Below, piece by piece: positions 11,114 to 22,168 of a DNA stretch of 27,649 bases; position 1 is the first letter of the stretch, and each line of letters starts with the position of its first letter. The position numbers and the translations under genes are program-made. The notes under the pieces were generated by a model. It did no database searches and was not told where the DNA came from. It saw nothing but the letters and a program-made list of their open reading frames with translations. The stretch lies in NCBI GenBank assembly GCA_000388065.2, contig KB932205.1; one strand, given 5' to 3'. This DNA comes from Fonticula alba ATCC 38817 (Eukaryota > Protista > Nucleariida).

Positions 11114-12788
11114 CTACACCTCGATCGGTGCGGTGACATGCATGATGATGACCCGGCTGGCCTCGGGCCGGCTCCACCGGCACATGGCCTCGCAGCAGGG
11201 CCCCCCGGGGGTGGAAGCGCCCGGGCCGTCGCCCGACGCCGGCAGGATTTCCCGGACCTGGAGCCCGGCAGCCCGGGCATATGCCACGAAGAAGGCCACC
11301 GTTTCCGGCCGGCGCATGGTGTTGGCCACCAGGGCCCCAAGGGGGAAGTTCCGCCGGCCGGCCAGCAGCTGGCGCAGGGCCGCCACCAGGTAGACCACGA
11401 GCGACTCCTCAAAGATGACGTCCGCCGCCAGGATGAGATCGAAGTGCTGCCCCTCGGTGGCGGCGGCCGACTCGCCGGTCGCCGGGTGCGAGAGAATGGA
11501 CGGCAGGGCGCCGGGCGTCGTGGCCGGCGCGATGCCCGCAAGGAAATCCGCCCAGTCCAGCACCCCGGTTGACAGGGCGCCCGGGCGCAGCTGCTTGGCA
11601 TCTGCGAAGGGAGAGAAGAGGAGCGGGAGGGGGAGGAGCACCCGAGGGGAGTGAGTGGAACATCAGGAAACATCAGGGCGTCAGGGTGGGCTGGAGAGGG
11701 AGACCGGGGTGAAGAGAATGATTCCCCCCCCCCCCCCCCCGCCCCCTGGCTGATGTCTAGCCCCTGGGATACGGTGGCGAGAGGGCGCATGGCTTGGCAG
11801 GGTGGCACGCACTGATTTCGACCGAGTAGTCCAGCGCACTGAGCACTCGCCCGTGGGCGTCGGTCATGCGAACATGCTCGGCCCCGGCCAGGGCGGCCGC
11901 CAGCCCGAGGAAGCCCAAGCCGCTACCGAGCTCGAGCACCCGGCGCCCGGCCACCCAGGCCGGCCCGGCATGGCCGAGGGCCTGGCGGTCAGGGCACACC
12001 AGGGCCGCGGTGTCCCAAGCTCCCGGCTCCGGGACCGACATGGCACGCGAATGCTCGGACAGGAAGTGGGGCTTGGCGAAGAGGGCAGCCAACTGCTCGG
12101 CGGTCACATCCGGGCCCAGGGCCGCGTCCACCGGGGGGACCCCAATGTCCAGCGGGAAGGCCGCGGCCGGGCCGCCGGCCGGCCGGCCGACCCCGAGCAG
12201 CAGCTCCGCCAGCGCAATGCTCGCCGTCCACAGGGCCAAGCCGGTGGTGCCGTGGCTGATCAGGCGATTGGTGGCCGGGACCGACAGGTGCCGGGGCAGG
12301 GACGTGGCGGCCAGCCAGTCCGGGCAGGCCCCCGGCGTGGCGGCCCCCGGGGGGACCAGCAGCGTGCGGAAGGTCCCGGAATGCAGCGGGTCATCGGCCA
12401 TGCTGTCGCCCCGGGACCCGGCGGCTCCGGCCGCCGGGGACATCGTATGCTCGAAGTACAGGGCATACATGTCCTCCGGGACCTCATGCGCCCGGGTCGA
12501 CTCGATGGCCGTGACCACTTGGCGAATGAAGCGGCCCGCGGCCGCGGCCGGAGGTGGCCGAAGTCGAGCCAGCTCCGAGCAGAGAACCTCGCCGGACACA
12601 CGCGCGGCCAGCCTCGAGCAGGCGGTCCCGTCGCTGGCCATCGGAGCGGCCGGATCCGCCAGCGCGGCCAATAGCCGCGCGGGGGCATTTGCCTGCCCCT
12701 GCAGGAAGGCCGACAGGGCCTCGAAGACCATGCAATCCTCTGCCACGCAGGGGTCCGGCGCGTCCGGGGTCGTTGTCATTAGTGTCAT
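11114..12788 (-). CDS. EEF2KMT: Protein-lysine N-methyltransferase EEF2KMT/FAM86A/Efm3-like, complement(join(11114..11601,11813..12788)), about 487 aa
   Basis: FAM86-like N-terminus ([20 protein letters not shown]...EDMYALY), [22 protein letters not shown] motif [24 protein letters not shown], and [11 protein letters not shown]. The phase-1 intron 11602-11812 (GTGCGT..CAG) gives SVEI-N-AKQ. The start could be 12788 or 12779. Confidence 0.85.
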
Positions 12789-13779
12789 GGGCACAGAGCC
12801 AGGCGGAGGGGAGGGGGGGAGGGCAAAGGGCCAGGGGAGGGACAGAGAGAGAGAGAGAGAGGAGGGCAGCGGAGGGCACTGAGCGGGTGAAATGGCTGGG
12901 CCGGGGGACCCATCGCCGGGGGGGGCGCCCAACCATGGCGCCCCGCCTCGAGTGGAAGGGGGCGATTTTGGCGGACTGGCAAGATCCCCTCGCCGCCCCC
13001 CCCCCCCCCCCCCCCCCCCCGAGCACCTTGCGCCCGATCGGGTGTGCCTGCCGTGCCGCGCGTGTGCGGCGCGCGTGTGCTGGGAACAAGCACACGACCG
13101 CTGGCAGCCGTGAGAGGGCCTTCCGGTGGCACTTTGTCTTAACCGAAGTCCGTGCCATTAGCCCCCACAGCGGGCGAACGCCGGTGGACGTGCTGTCCTC
13201 CGGCGGGCGGCTCTGGTCAGACGCACCGGGCTAGCGACCGGCGGCATGCTCGGGAGAGGGGGCTGGACGCCCGCGGCGGGCCCGGTCTCGCCGAATGTTC
13301 TCACCCTCGTGCGAGTGTGTCGCGCGCTTACTCACTTGCTGATGGGAATGATCTGATGCCGGCCCGGGGCGTGGCGCCCGCTGTGCGACCAACCCCCCCT
13401 CCCCCCCCCTTGCCCTGCCCGGCACCAGGGGCCGTCTTTCTGCGGAGCCGAGCGCGGCCCCAGTGTGACTAGAAGGAGCGCTCCAGGACAGCGCCCGGAG
13501 CCAGGGGGGCAAAATATTGGGGGGGAGGGGGGGGGACGGCCCATTGAGGCCGATCGCGACCAAACATGTGTCGCGGTCGGGCCCCAGACAGCAAGCCAGC
13601 GGCCTGGACAACAGACGAGGCGGGCAAAGTCCCGGGCAGCGCCCGTCGAGGCGCTTTTGAGCACCCCCCCTCGGGTCGCTCGCTTGGCACGACGAGCAGC
13701 ACCGCTTCACAGCAACACATTGTCCTCCCTCCCCGCCTCCTGCCCTGCCCCCCTCCCGCCTCCTATGACCCATTCTACC

Positions 13780-13815
13780 ATGTCTCCCAAGCTCTTTATT
13801 GGTGGAAACTGGAAG
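13780..13815 (+). pseudogene. TPI: Isolated triosephosphate isomerase-like N-terminal exon (MSPKLFIGGNWK); probable gene relic
   Basis: ATG-initiated 12 codons matching the TPI N-terminal motif (K-x-F-I/V-G-G-N-W-K), followed directly by GT. I saw no HSERR, CIGE, AYEPVWAIG or YGGSV motif downstream in any supplied frame. Confidence 0.5.
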
Positions 13816-15185
13816 GTCCTGGTGCCCTCGACCGTACGTTGCCGCGCTCCCCCCCCCCCCCCCCTGGGCGCCGGGGGGGGGCGGGCTCCCCCCCCCCCCC
13901 CCCCCGGCCATGCGGGAGGCAGGGTGGCCCGGTGTAGGATGTCCCAAGGGGCTGGCTGGGTGCAGGGGGATGGAAGGGGTCTCTGTCGGCCATCAACAGC
14001 CCTGGCCCCGAGGCCCGCAACCGAGCCGGGCCCGGTGTCCCGCTGGACTCCCGGGATCGGCGCCTCGCCCCCCACCCTGTGAGCGGGGGCCGCAATCCGG
14101 CAAGGTCTCACACATTCAACGGGACCCGGGTTTCCAGCAGGTGAGCCTCCTTCTTCTCCTGCACGGGGCCGCTTTCTGGCCCCTGAAGGGGGGAGGTCGG
14201 CGCGATACCTCCTGCGGGATGCCGCCGTGGTGGCTGTCACCCCTCTTTCGCGACCGGATCCCAGACCAGTGAGCATTGTCCGCGGGTCGGCCCTGGGAGC
14301 GGGGGGGAGGGGTCTTTTGCTTCTCCTTGGGTGGATGTCTGAGGCAAAGGGAAGGGGGGACTTCGAGCCAGGCAGGGGGTTTGCCCTGGCGGAGGGGGGA
14401 GACCTGCTGGCATTGAGAACCATCTGACGGCCGCGCTCGGGGCGGCCCGGACGAGGCCGGGTCCGGCAAGGGGGGGAGGGGGGGGGGGGCAGCGATGCAT
14501 CCGTGGTCAGCCTGGGCATCAGCCTCCGCCTGGTCCGCCGCCGGCCCCTCGCATCGGCCTGTCGCGTCCCGGTGCCCCGGGCGAGCTTCCTCGGAGAGGC
14601 CTGCATGGCACCTGCCCGCCTGGTGTCGCGCTCCCTCCATCGAAAGTTACAGGCCTGCCTATAAATGCCCCCAAGATGGGTTCCGGGCGCCCCACGCAGG
14701 CAGCTACTGCAGATTTCTCACCCTAGATACCATCTCTCACCTGCCTGGCTTCCGCCCTCTTTCTTGGGTACGTGCGCATCGCGTTGGCGAGAGCCAGATG
14801 GCCAGAGGGTCCGAGGGTCAGTCCGAACGAGAGCGCGAGAAACACGCCTCAGACGCGATGGCCCTCCCCCTCCCCCGGCCCCTCCCCGCGCGCGCCTGTC
14901 CCACTTGCCCCGATATGTGTTTACTCTGGGACCCTGCGCTGGGGTGCCTCTGGCAGTCACCTAACCCCCACCTCTTGGCCCCGTTGCCGGTCCACCTGCC
15001 TCCTCGCTCCTTCTACGCCTGGTGGGGCTTCGCAGCAGCCTCCCCCCCCCTCTCTAATACGAACGTACGTTCGCGTGTTCGTCTCCAACCCGAGCGTCGA
15101 ACCGCCCCCTGTCTCCCTGCCCTCCCCCTCCCCCTCCCCCTCCCCTCTCTTCTCGCCTCCCCCTCCCCCCTTCATCCGCCACTAG

Positions 15186-17264
15186 ATGTCCGAAAGTCCT
15201 GGCCCCAGGATGGCGGCCGGCGGCCGGCACATGCCGGCCGGTGCCACCGCCCCGGCCAAGAACCTGAGCGAGTCCCCCTCCTCGCCCCCGGGAGACGCCA
15301 GTCCCCGGACCCATGTCCACCATTTGGCCTCCACGGTTGAACCGCCGCGTCGTGTGGCGTCTCCCAGCTCGCCTCTGCCGGCGTCCATGCCGCCGGCCCA
15401 TGGCGGGCAGCGTGCGGCTGCCGAGACGCCGCTGCGTGCGCGCAAGCCCCTGCACCCCTCCGTCTCTCGGGTGTCCTACTCCGGTGCCGAGGCCGGGGAT
15501 CTGGTTCGCAGCTCATCGCAACTGGATCTGCTCTCGACCCCGGATGCCGGCACCCTCTCCCCGGCGAGCGAGCCGTCCTCCGCCATGGGGATCTCTCCCT
15601 CCAAGGAGACTGTCATGGTGCGCGCCTGCATCTGCGTGTGTGTGTGTGTGTGTGGATGTATTTCTATGAATTTTTGGAGAGCCCAAGCTTGTGCATGCGC
15701 CCTATGCGTCGCTCTTTTTGTGGGGCGCATAGGGGGTCGGGCGTGTCGGCAAGAGGGGGGGAAGCTCCCCCCTCCGGTGCCCGGCTTGGCGACACGGCTC
15801 AGGCGGCCTCCTGCCCTCTCTCTACACTGTGCACGGGGCTGACACTTGCCATCCCCCCTGCTCCCCCCCCCCCTGCTCCCGCACACACAGTCGCGCGGGT
15901 ATCTTGCCCTCGCCCCGCAGCTGCTGGGCAATCTGGCCGTGCGAGTTCTGCCCGGCGAGCTGACGGCCACCTCGCGGGCCGGGTTCTACTCGACCGTGAT
16001 GAAGCTGTGCCTGGCCATGATGACCAGCTCGGCTCTCTTCGACTCCTACGGCCGGCCCATCCTCCGGTCGATGGTGCTCTTCTGCGGGTACACCCTGGCC
16101 GAGGCGCTGTCGGTTCATGCGAACCTCATGGCCCCCGGGGTCCGGGGGCACCCGTGGCTGGACCTGCTGGATACCATGGCCACCGCGGTGCTGCTGCTGC
16201 GCTCGGCTCTGGGGGCCACGCGCATGGCCCTACGTGCCGGGGCCTCGCTGTCCGGGCTGGCTCTCGGCCTGCTGAGTGTCTGCCTGGGCGTGGCCGAGGT
16301 GGCTCTCGTGGGCAATCGCGCCCGGCAGTGGCTCCAGGCCGCCGGGTGGATTACGCCCAGCGGTCGGGCCTGGTGGCCGGCTGGCGGGCTGCGTGAAACG
16401 GCGGCCGCGGCGCCGGCCGCCGCGGCCCGGCTTTCTTCCCAGCCCTGGACCACGCACGTGCGGCGTCTGTACCGCTGGGTCGGCTCCAGCCTGGCGTACC
16501 TGATGACTCCGGAGCCGATTGACCCGGCGGCCGGGCCGTGCGACCAGCCGGCCATCCCCCAGCTGGGGGCGTGGTCTTGGCAGGAGGCCGACCGTCGTGG
16601 CCGGTCCTGGCTCGTGGTGCTGGGCCTGTGCTTTGTGATGCTGGCCCTGCCGACGCGGAACTTCGGCCTGCTGGCCCTGCTGCCGGGGCTGGGATTCCTG
16701 GGCCTGGCCCTGGCCGGGACCATCGACGAGCTGAAGGGCTCCCAGCATGACAGCTTGCGGTCCATGCTCCCGGAGCCGATGGTCACCTGGTCCGGCAACT
16801 ATGCCAACCGGGCCCTGGCGGCTGGCGAGCGCGCGGCCACCTTTGTCCTGCCCACGGCTCGGGTGGTGGCCGACCGGGTGGCCGGGGTCTTCCTGCTGGC
16901 CATCGGCCTCGCCCGGGCCTTTGCCACCCGGGCCCTCACGCTGGCCGTGGACTTCGCCAAGGACCACGATTTGCAGCGCTTCCTGCCGGCCTCGTGGCCG
17001 ATCTGGGCCGACCGCGTGGTCTACTGGGCGGTTTGGGCCCGGGAGTATGCCCAGCACATGCTGGCCCTCGCGCGCACCTACATCGCCAACATGTCGGCCG
17101 AGCTGGGTGCCGCCTCGCCACCGCCGCCGGCCTCGCGCAACTTCGCCGGGACCCCCCCGCCGGCGGCTCCGCCGCTCCCGGCCTGGGCCCGCCCGGGCGC
17201 CATCCCGGCCAATGGTCCGTCCCCGAATGCCATGCATGGCGTGCGCCAGCGGCGTATCTATTGA
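15186..17264 (+). CDS. Hypothetical multi-pass membrane protein, join(15186..15617,15921..17264), 591 aa
   Basis: Disordered S/P-rich exon 1, phase-0 intron GTGCGC..CAG containing (GT)n, then a long open exon with coding-like codon usage and several hydrophobic segments (e.g. LSGLALGLLSVCLGVAEVALV; WLVVLGLCFVMLAL; [19 protein letters not shown]; VAGVFLLAIGLA). Family not recognised. Confidence 0.8.
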
Positions 17265-17276
17265 TCACACAATGGG

Positions 17277-17342
17277 CGTGTGTGTGTGTGTGTGTGTGTG
17301 ACTGTGTGTGTGTGTGTGTGCGCGCGCGCGCGCGCGCGCGCG
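17277..17342 (+). repeat. Compound (GT)n-(GC)n microsatellite just 3' of the membrane-protein stop codon
   Basis: About 40 nt of (GT)n with one interruption, followed by about 11 CG units. Confidence 0.9.
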
Positions 17343-18722
17343 TCCGGTCAAGGGGGGAAGGGCCTGCTCTTTCCTGCCGCCTTTTTCGAGTCATGTACCT
17401 GCATAGGGCCTCGGCCGCGCCAGCAACACCATCCGGCTCCCTCCCCTACACAAGGGACGGGAACTGGGCTCCGTGCACTTTCCCTCCTTCTCTTCCCCCT
17501 CTCCTCCCTCTGCTCGCCTGCAAAGGCAGCCCCCATCCCCGAGGGCGGGGCAGATTTACAGGAGAGGGGAGGAGGCGTGTGTGAGTGCGCGCCGGTGGTG
17601 AGCGCGCGCGGTAGGGAACGGCAAGGCGAGCAGAGGGTGCGCGGCCAAAAGCGCAACAGTTGCATGGCACTCAGGTGGTCCTTTTACCCCCAACCCCCCC
17701 CCCCCCCCCGCACACACATACGTACATGTGTATGGCCCTCCCTTTGGCCGCGATGGGCTTGCTGGGGGAGAGGGCGAGGGAGCACCGGGTTCTGCGCATC
17801 CCTTATCAGAGGCGCGCGCCTACGTGCTGCCTGCCCGCCTGCCCGCCTGCCCATCTCTGTCTGCTCGCGCGCCTGGCTGCTGCCTCTGCTTGCTTGTCTG
17901 TTCTCTCTCCCCTCCTCCCTGCCCCTCCCCCCGACGTGCACTGGTCCGCCATGACTCGCTTTCTTCGCCGCATGTGGTTCCCCTCGCCGCGCCCCGCGCC
18001 CCGCGCCCCGCGCCATGTTTGCCCGCCTGCTGGGAGGGAAATATACACGCCCACCCCTTGCTCCAGCACGAGAGCCCCGGGATGTGGGGAAGGCACATGT
18101 ACGCTAGGCAGCGCGCGTGTGCCTCTCCCCCTGCAGAGAGAGCGAGTGTGCTATCCTTTGCGACGCATGCGCACATGCGCACATGCGTGCGTGTGTGCGC
18201 ATGCGTGCATACGTGTAGAAGTCCAGCCGCCCGATACTCTCCCTCCCCCCCCCCCTGCTGCCACCCCACAATGCCGCCGTGTGCATGCCCGTTCACGGCC
18301 CTCTCCGCCCGAGCTCCGGCATTCTGTCCTCCCCCGTGCGTCAACGCATGTGTCCCCCTCCTCGGGCCTCGATGTGTGCCGCGCTCCCTCGCGCTTGCTC
18401 TCTGGCTCTCTCCTGTCACTGTGCCCCTCTGGCCAGTGTTATGGGAAAGAGGTCGAGGCTGGCTCATTATCAGAGGCTCCCCAGGCAGGGGTGGACATGC
18501 CGAGACGCAGACCGGGGGAATGTGTGGCAGAATGCGGGAAGCGACGAGGAGAATGTCCAGCGAGAAACACACACCCCAGGCGCGCTCTTGCGAAGGCAGG
18601 GGGGAAGATGAGGGCGGCTGCGCGCAGATACGCGGATGCTGGCGGGGCCCTTGGGTCCGCCCACCACCCATATCCCAGGCGGCCGCTCGTCGAAAGAGGA
18701 AGGGGTGTGCGTGTGTGTATGC

Positions 18723-19157
18723 NNNNNNNNNNNNNNNNNNNNNNNNNNNNNNNNNNNNNNNNNNNNNNNNNNNNNNNNNNNNNNNNNNNNNNNNNNNNNN
18801 NNNNNNNNNNNNNNNNNNNNNNNNNNNNNNNNNNNNNNNNNNNNNNNNNNNNNNNNNNNNNNNNNNNNNNNNNNNNNNNNNNNNNNNNNNNNNNNNNNNN
18901 NNNNNNNNNNNNNNNNNNNNNNNNNNNNNNNNNNNNNNNNNNNNNNNNNNNNNNNNNNNNNNNNNNNNNNNNNNNNNNNNNNNNNNNNNNNNNNNNNNNN
19001 NNNNNNNNNNNNNNNNNNNNNNNNNNNNNNNNNNNNNNNNNNNNNNNNNNNNNNNNNNNNNNNNNNNNNNNNNNNNNNNNNNNNNNNNNNNNNNNNNNNN
19101 NNNNNNNNNNNNNNNNNNNNNNNNNNNNNNNNNNNNNNNNNNNNNNNNNNNNNNNNN
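18723..19157. other. Assembly gap (N)
   Basis: Run of n, flanked by GT/CA repeats. Confidence 0.99.
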
Positions 19158-19257
19158 GCACGCACGCACGCGCGCGCACACACACGCACGCACGCACACA
19201 CGCGCGCGCACACACACGCACGCACGCACGCGCGCGCACACACACACACACATGCAC
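19158..19257 (+). repeat. Mixed (CA)/(CG)/(GCAC) microsatellite flanking an N-gap
   Basis: gcacgcacgcacgcgcgcgcacacacac... read directly. Confidence 0.85.
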
Positions 19258-19461
19258 AAGCAGCGCTTCGCTCCTCTTCGGCTCAGCCTTCTCTTCTCCG
19301 CTCGCCCTTCCCCCCTCCCTCCCGCTGCTCCCCGGTGCCCAGCAAGTGACGATTGATCCACTGACACACTACCTATCCTCATCCCTCTCCCCTCCTGCCT
19401 GTTGTCCAACTGCTCAGTTTCCCGCCAAAGCCGCCAGCCCGCGTCTTCGGTCACCCAGAAC

Positions 19462-21344
19462 ATGTCAACTCGCGCACAGGGGAACCTCCCCCCCACGGCC
19501 ACCCCGTCGGACCGGCAACGCTCCATTCTGGGCGGCCAGCCTCAGGCAAAGCAAGCAGCCACGGTCACGGTCGCTGCCGGCAGCCACTCGGCCGCCGGTA
19601 CTTCGGCGGCCACTCCCCCCGCTCGACAGCAGCAAGACCCTGCCCCCGCCGCCGCACCACCGGCGATCGACTACTCGGAGTGCCAGGTTGTTGGTACGCG
19701 CGTGTCGTGAGCAGGCACACATGCCAGCTCCTTTTCCCTGCGCCGCCCTAGCGAGGCACCATTGCCGCCCCCAGCGGGCATTTGCTGACGATCATGAACT
19801 GACCCTGTCTACTTTCTCCGTGCTTTTTGATGATGTGTTGGCCGGGCGGGGGATGTGCGCAGACGTGGAGTCCAGCCATTTGGAGCCCCTGATGCTTGGC
19901 GGCGGAGGACCCAAGCGCCTCGCTGTTGAGCTTGCGTCGGACGACGAGCCCTCGGGCGCCCCGCCCCGAGGCCCTCTGCTCCTGGCCTCGCCCTCGGGCG
20001 CCCCTGCCGGTGGGCGGCCCAATCATCGTCGCGCACCAGCGCCGGGGGGACAGCTTGGCCCCGGGGCCAGTGGTCTGACCGCTCCGAAGCACAACGCCAC
20101 TCAGCCCAAGGCCGCCACCAGCGTCGAGAGCAAGGACAGGGCTGCTGCCTCTGTCCCGGCCAAGTCTGCCACCACGGCCGTCGAGACGAAGGCCGCCCCT
20201 GTTCCCGCGCAACCGGCCAGTGCCCCGGCCCCTGCCAAGCGCTCCTTCCTGGGGGGCCTTTTCGGCCGTGGGTCTGACAGCAATCACCAGGCGCCCGCCA
20301 CGGATGCGGACGCCAAGGCAACGGCCAAGAAGAAGATGGCCATCCCAGCCCCGCCGTCACCCCCGCCGAAGGACCTGTACCCGGCCCGGCGGCCGCTGCG
20401 CGTGTCCAAGCGCCCCCGCGCCCCCATGGCAGCCTCGCAGGCGCCGCCATCGTCACCGGGGGCCGCCACCGCCGCCCAGCAGCCCCGGAAGCAGCCCGGC
20501 CTCAGGCGGCAGGAATCCCAGCAGCGCGCACATGCCTCGCCGAGTGGGGGCCCGAGTGCAAGCTCGTCTCAGACCGAGACCCGGTCCCGTATCTGGGACT
20601 ACCTGCTGATGGACGAGCTCTTTGATGTGGCCTCCTCGCCGGAGGACGCGGTCTCGGACGCCAAGTCCCGGCTGCTGGCCGACGACGGCCGGACCGCCTT
20701 CGATGCGGCCGCCCGCGACCGGGCCGACACCCAGCGCTTTGCCCAGCGTCTGTATGACCTGCTGACCGCTCCGGAGGACGCCTCCGAGGCAGGCGCTGCA
20801 CCTGCCGCCGGCGCCGGGGCCGCTCATTCTGCTGCCCCCCCTGCACAGGCCGATGCGGCGCCCAGCCGGCCGAGGTCCCCGCCCCACTCGCCGCAACACC
20901 ATCCTCACCCCCACCAGCCCCACCACCACCACCAACACAAGGCCGGGTTTTCCTCGGAGGAGTTTTTCTCCACCGACTCCTTTGTCAGTGCTTGGGGTGC
21001 GCCGAGCCAGCGTCCCGCCGAGCAGCAACAGCAGCAGCAGCAGCCCCGACAGCATGATGGCCTGTCGGTGGCGGTCGGGGGGGGCCGGTCGTCCTCTTCG
21101 TCCCAGCATCCGGCCGCCCCTCCTGATGACAAGATGTTCGACGCGGCGCACTCGCCCTCCAGCCTGGAGACCATCATGTGCCGGGCGACCGCGGCCGGGC
21201 CCGGAGGTGTTCAGGCTGCCGAGAGTGCCGGGCGTAAGTACTGATTTTGATGCGCATGCCCTTCGGCGCCCATATTGGGTCCCTCACTTTCCCACAGTGG
21301 CGGCGCTTCGCGCCTCGGGCGAGGGCGAACAGCAGTGCAGGTAG
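19462..21344 (+). CDS. Hypothetical mostly disordered protein, join(19462..19693,19863..21233,21298..21344), 549 aa
   Basis: Donors GTACGC (19694) and GTAAGT (21234), acceptors CAG (19862, 21297), both phase 1. The spliced length is 1650 nt, ending TAG. It is A/P/S-rich with His and Gln tracts and one helical-looking segment. Confidence 0.75.
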
Positions 21345-22168
21345 CATGCGAGAGACACATGGCACTCGAGGTTCCGCGCAAGGTCGACAATTGGATCGTG
21401 ACCGTGTTTGCGTGGGCTTTCCCATGTGTGTTTGCGCGCTTCTGTGTGACACGTGCACACGCACACCGGTGTGTGTCTCCTCGCCTCGCTTTCTCCTTCT
21501 CTCTCTCTCTCTGCTTCACCGTTTTGTGCGTGTCAGTGGAGAGAGTCGCCCCCCTGTGATTGCCGGCTCGCGCCCTTCCCGCGCGTATGGTAACCCGGGG
21601 CGAGGGGCTCTTTGCTCAGCGTCCTCCCTCAGAGCGGGGACCGCCATGTGCGCATGTATGCCCTCTCTCTCTCACACACACACACACACACGCGGCCATG
21701 TGGTGTGCCGTGGTGTGAACGCGCGGCGAATGAACACACGCTGGAGCATACAACAGGGCTGCTTGGGAGCTTTGCGTGGGGGGGAGGAGGGGGCGGGGAG
21801 GTGCTCACATGCGCGCACGCATATCCCAGCAAAGGAAGGAGCAACTCAGAAGGAGGGGGAGAAAGCCTTCACAGGGCCGCCAGAGGCGCGTGTGTATATT
21901 CAAGCTTCCAAAGGGAGAGGGGGGGGTCAAAAATGGCGCGGGCACCGGCCTGCCGGGCGGCTGGTGCCGGCAATGTAGTAGGAGGAGAGAGAGTGATAAT
22001 GTACAAGTTCGTGGAGGGGGAGAGAGAGGGGGAAAACGAGGCAGAGATGATACTGATATGCTGCCAATCGCAGGCAGGATGTGTCGAGGCACGCGGCCAC
22101 AGGCGCGCATGGGCGTGCCCTGAGCGGGACGAGGGGCAAAGGAAGCCGGCCGGTGGTGGTGTGGCACA

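Noticed and set aside
10521-11393. C-terminal extension of the 1090-aa ORF 8121..11393
   Set aside because: A donor at 10521 and an acceptor at 10771 restore the conserved [11 protein letters not shown] in another frame. The extension is intron, UTR and antisense of the methyltransferase.
3195-12882. Many long antisense or alternate-frame ORFs (e.g. 9087..10529 -, 11802..12674 +, 4271..5398 -)
   Set aside because: These are expected shadows of high-GC3 coding sequence with few stops, and show no recognisable motifs.
14658-14670. TATAAA-like box
   Set aside because: It is about 520 bp from the next ATG, with no supporting evidence.
14672-14690. QDGF peptide as a possible TPI C-terminal DGFLVGG remnant
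   Set aside because: Only 3 residues match and the following sequence (RAPH) does not.
17660-19461. 5' part of the 1194-aa ORF 17660..21244 and other ORFs spanning N-gaps
   Set aside because: These run through Ns and microsatellites. Only 19863-21233 looks coding; the rest is intron or intergenic.
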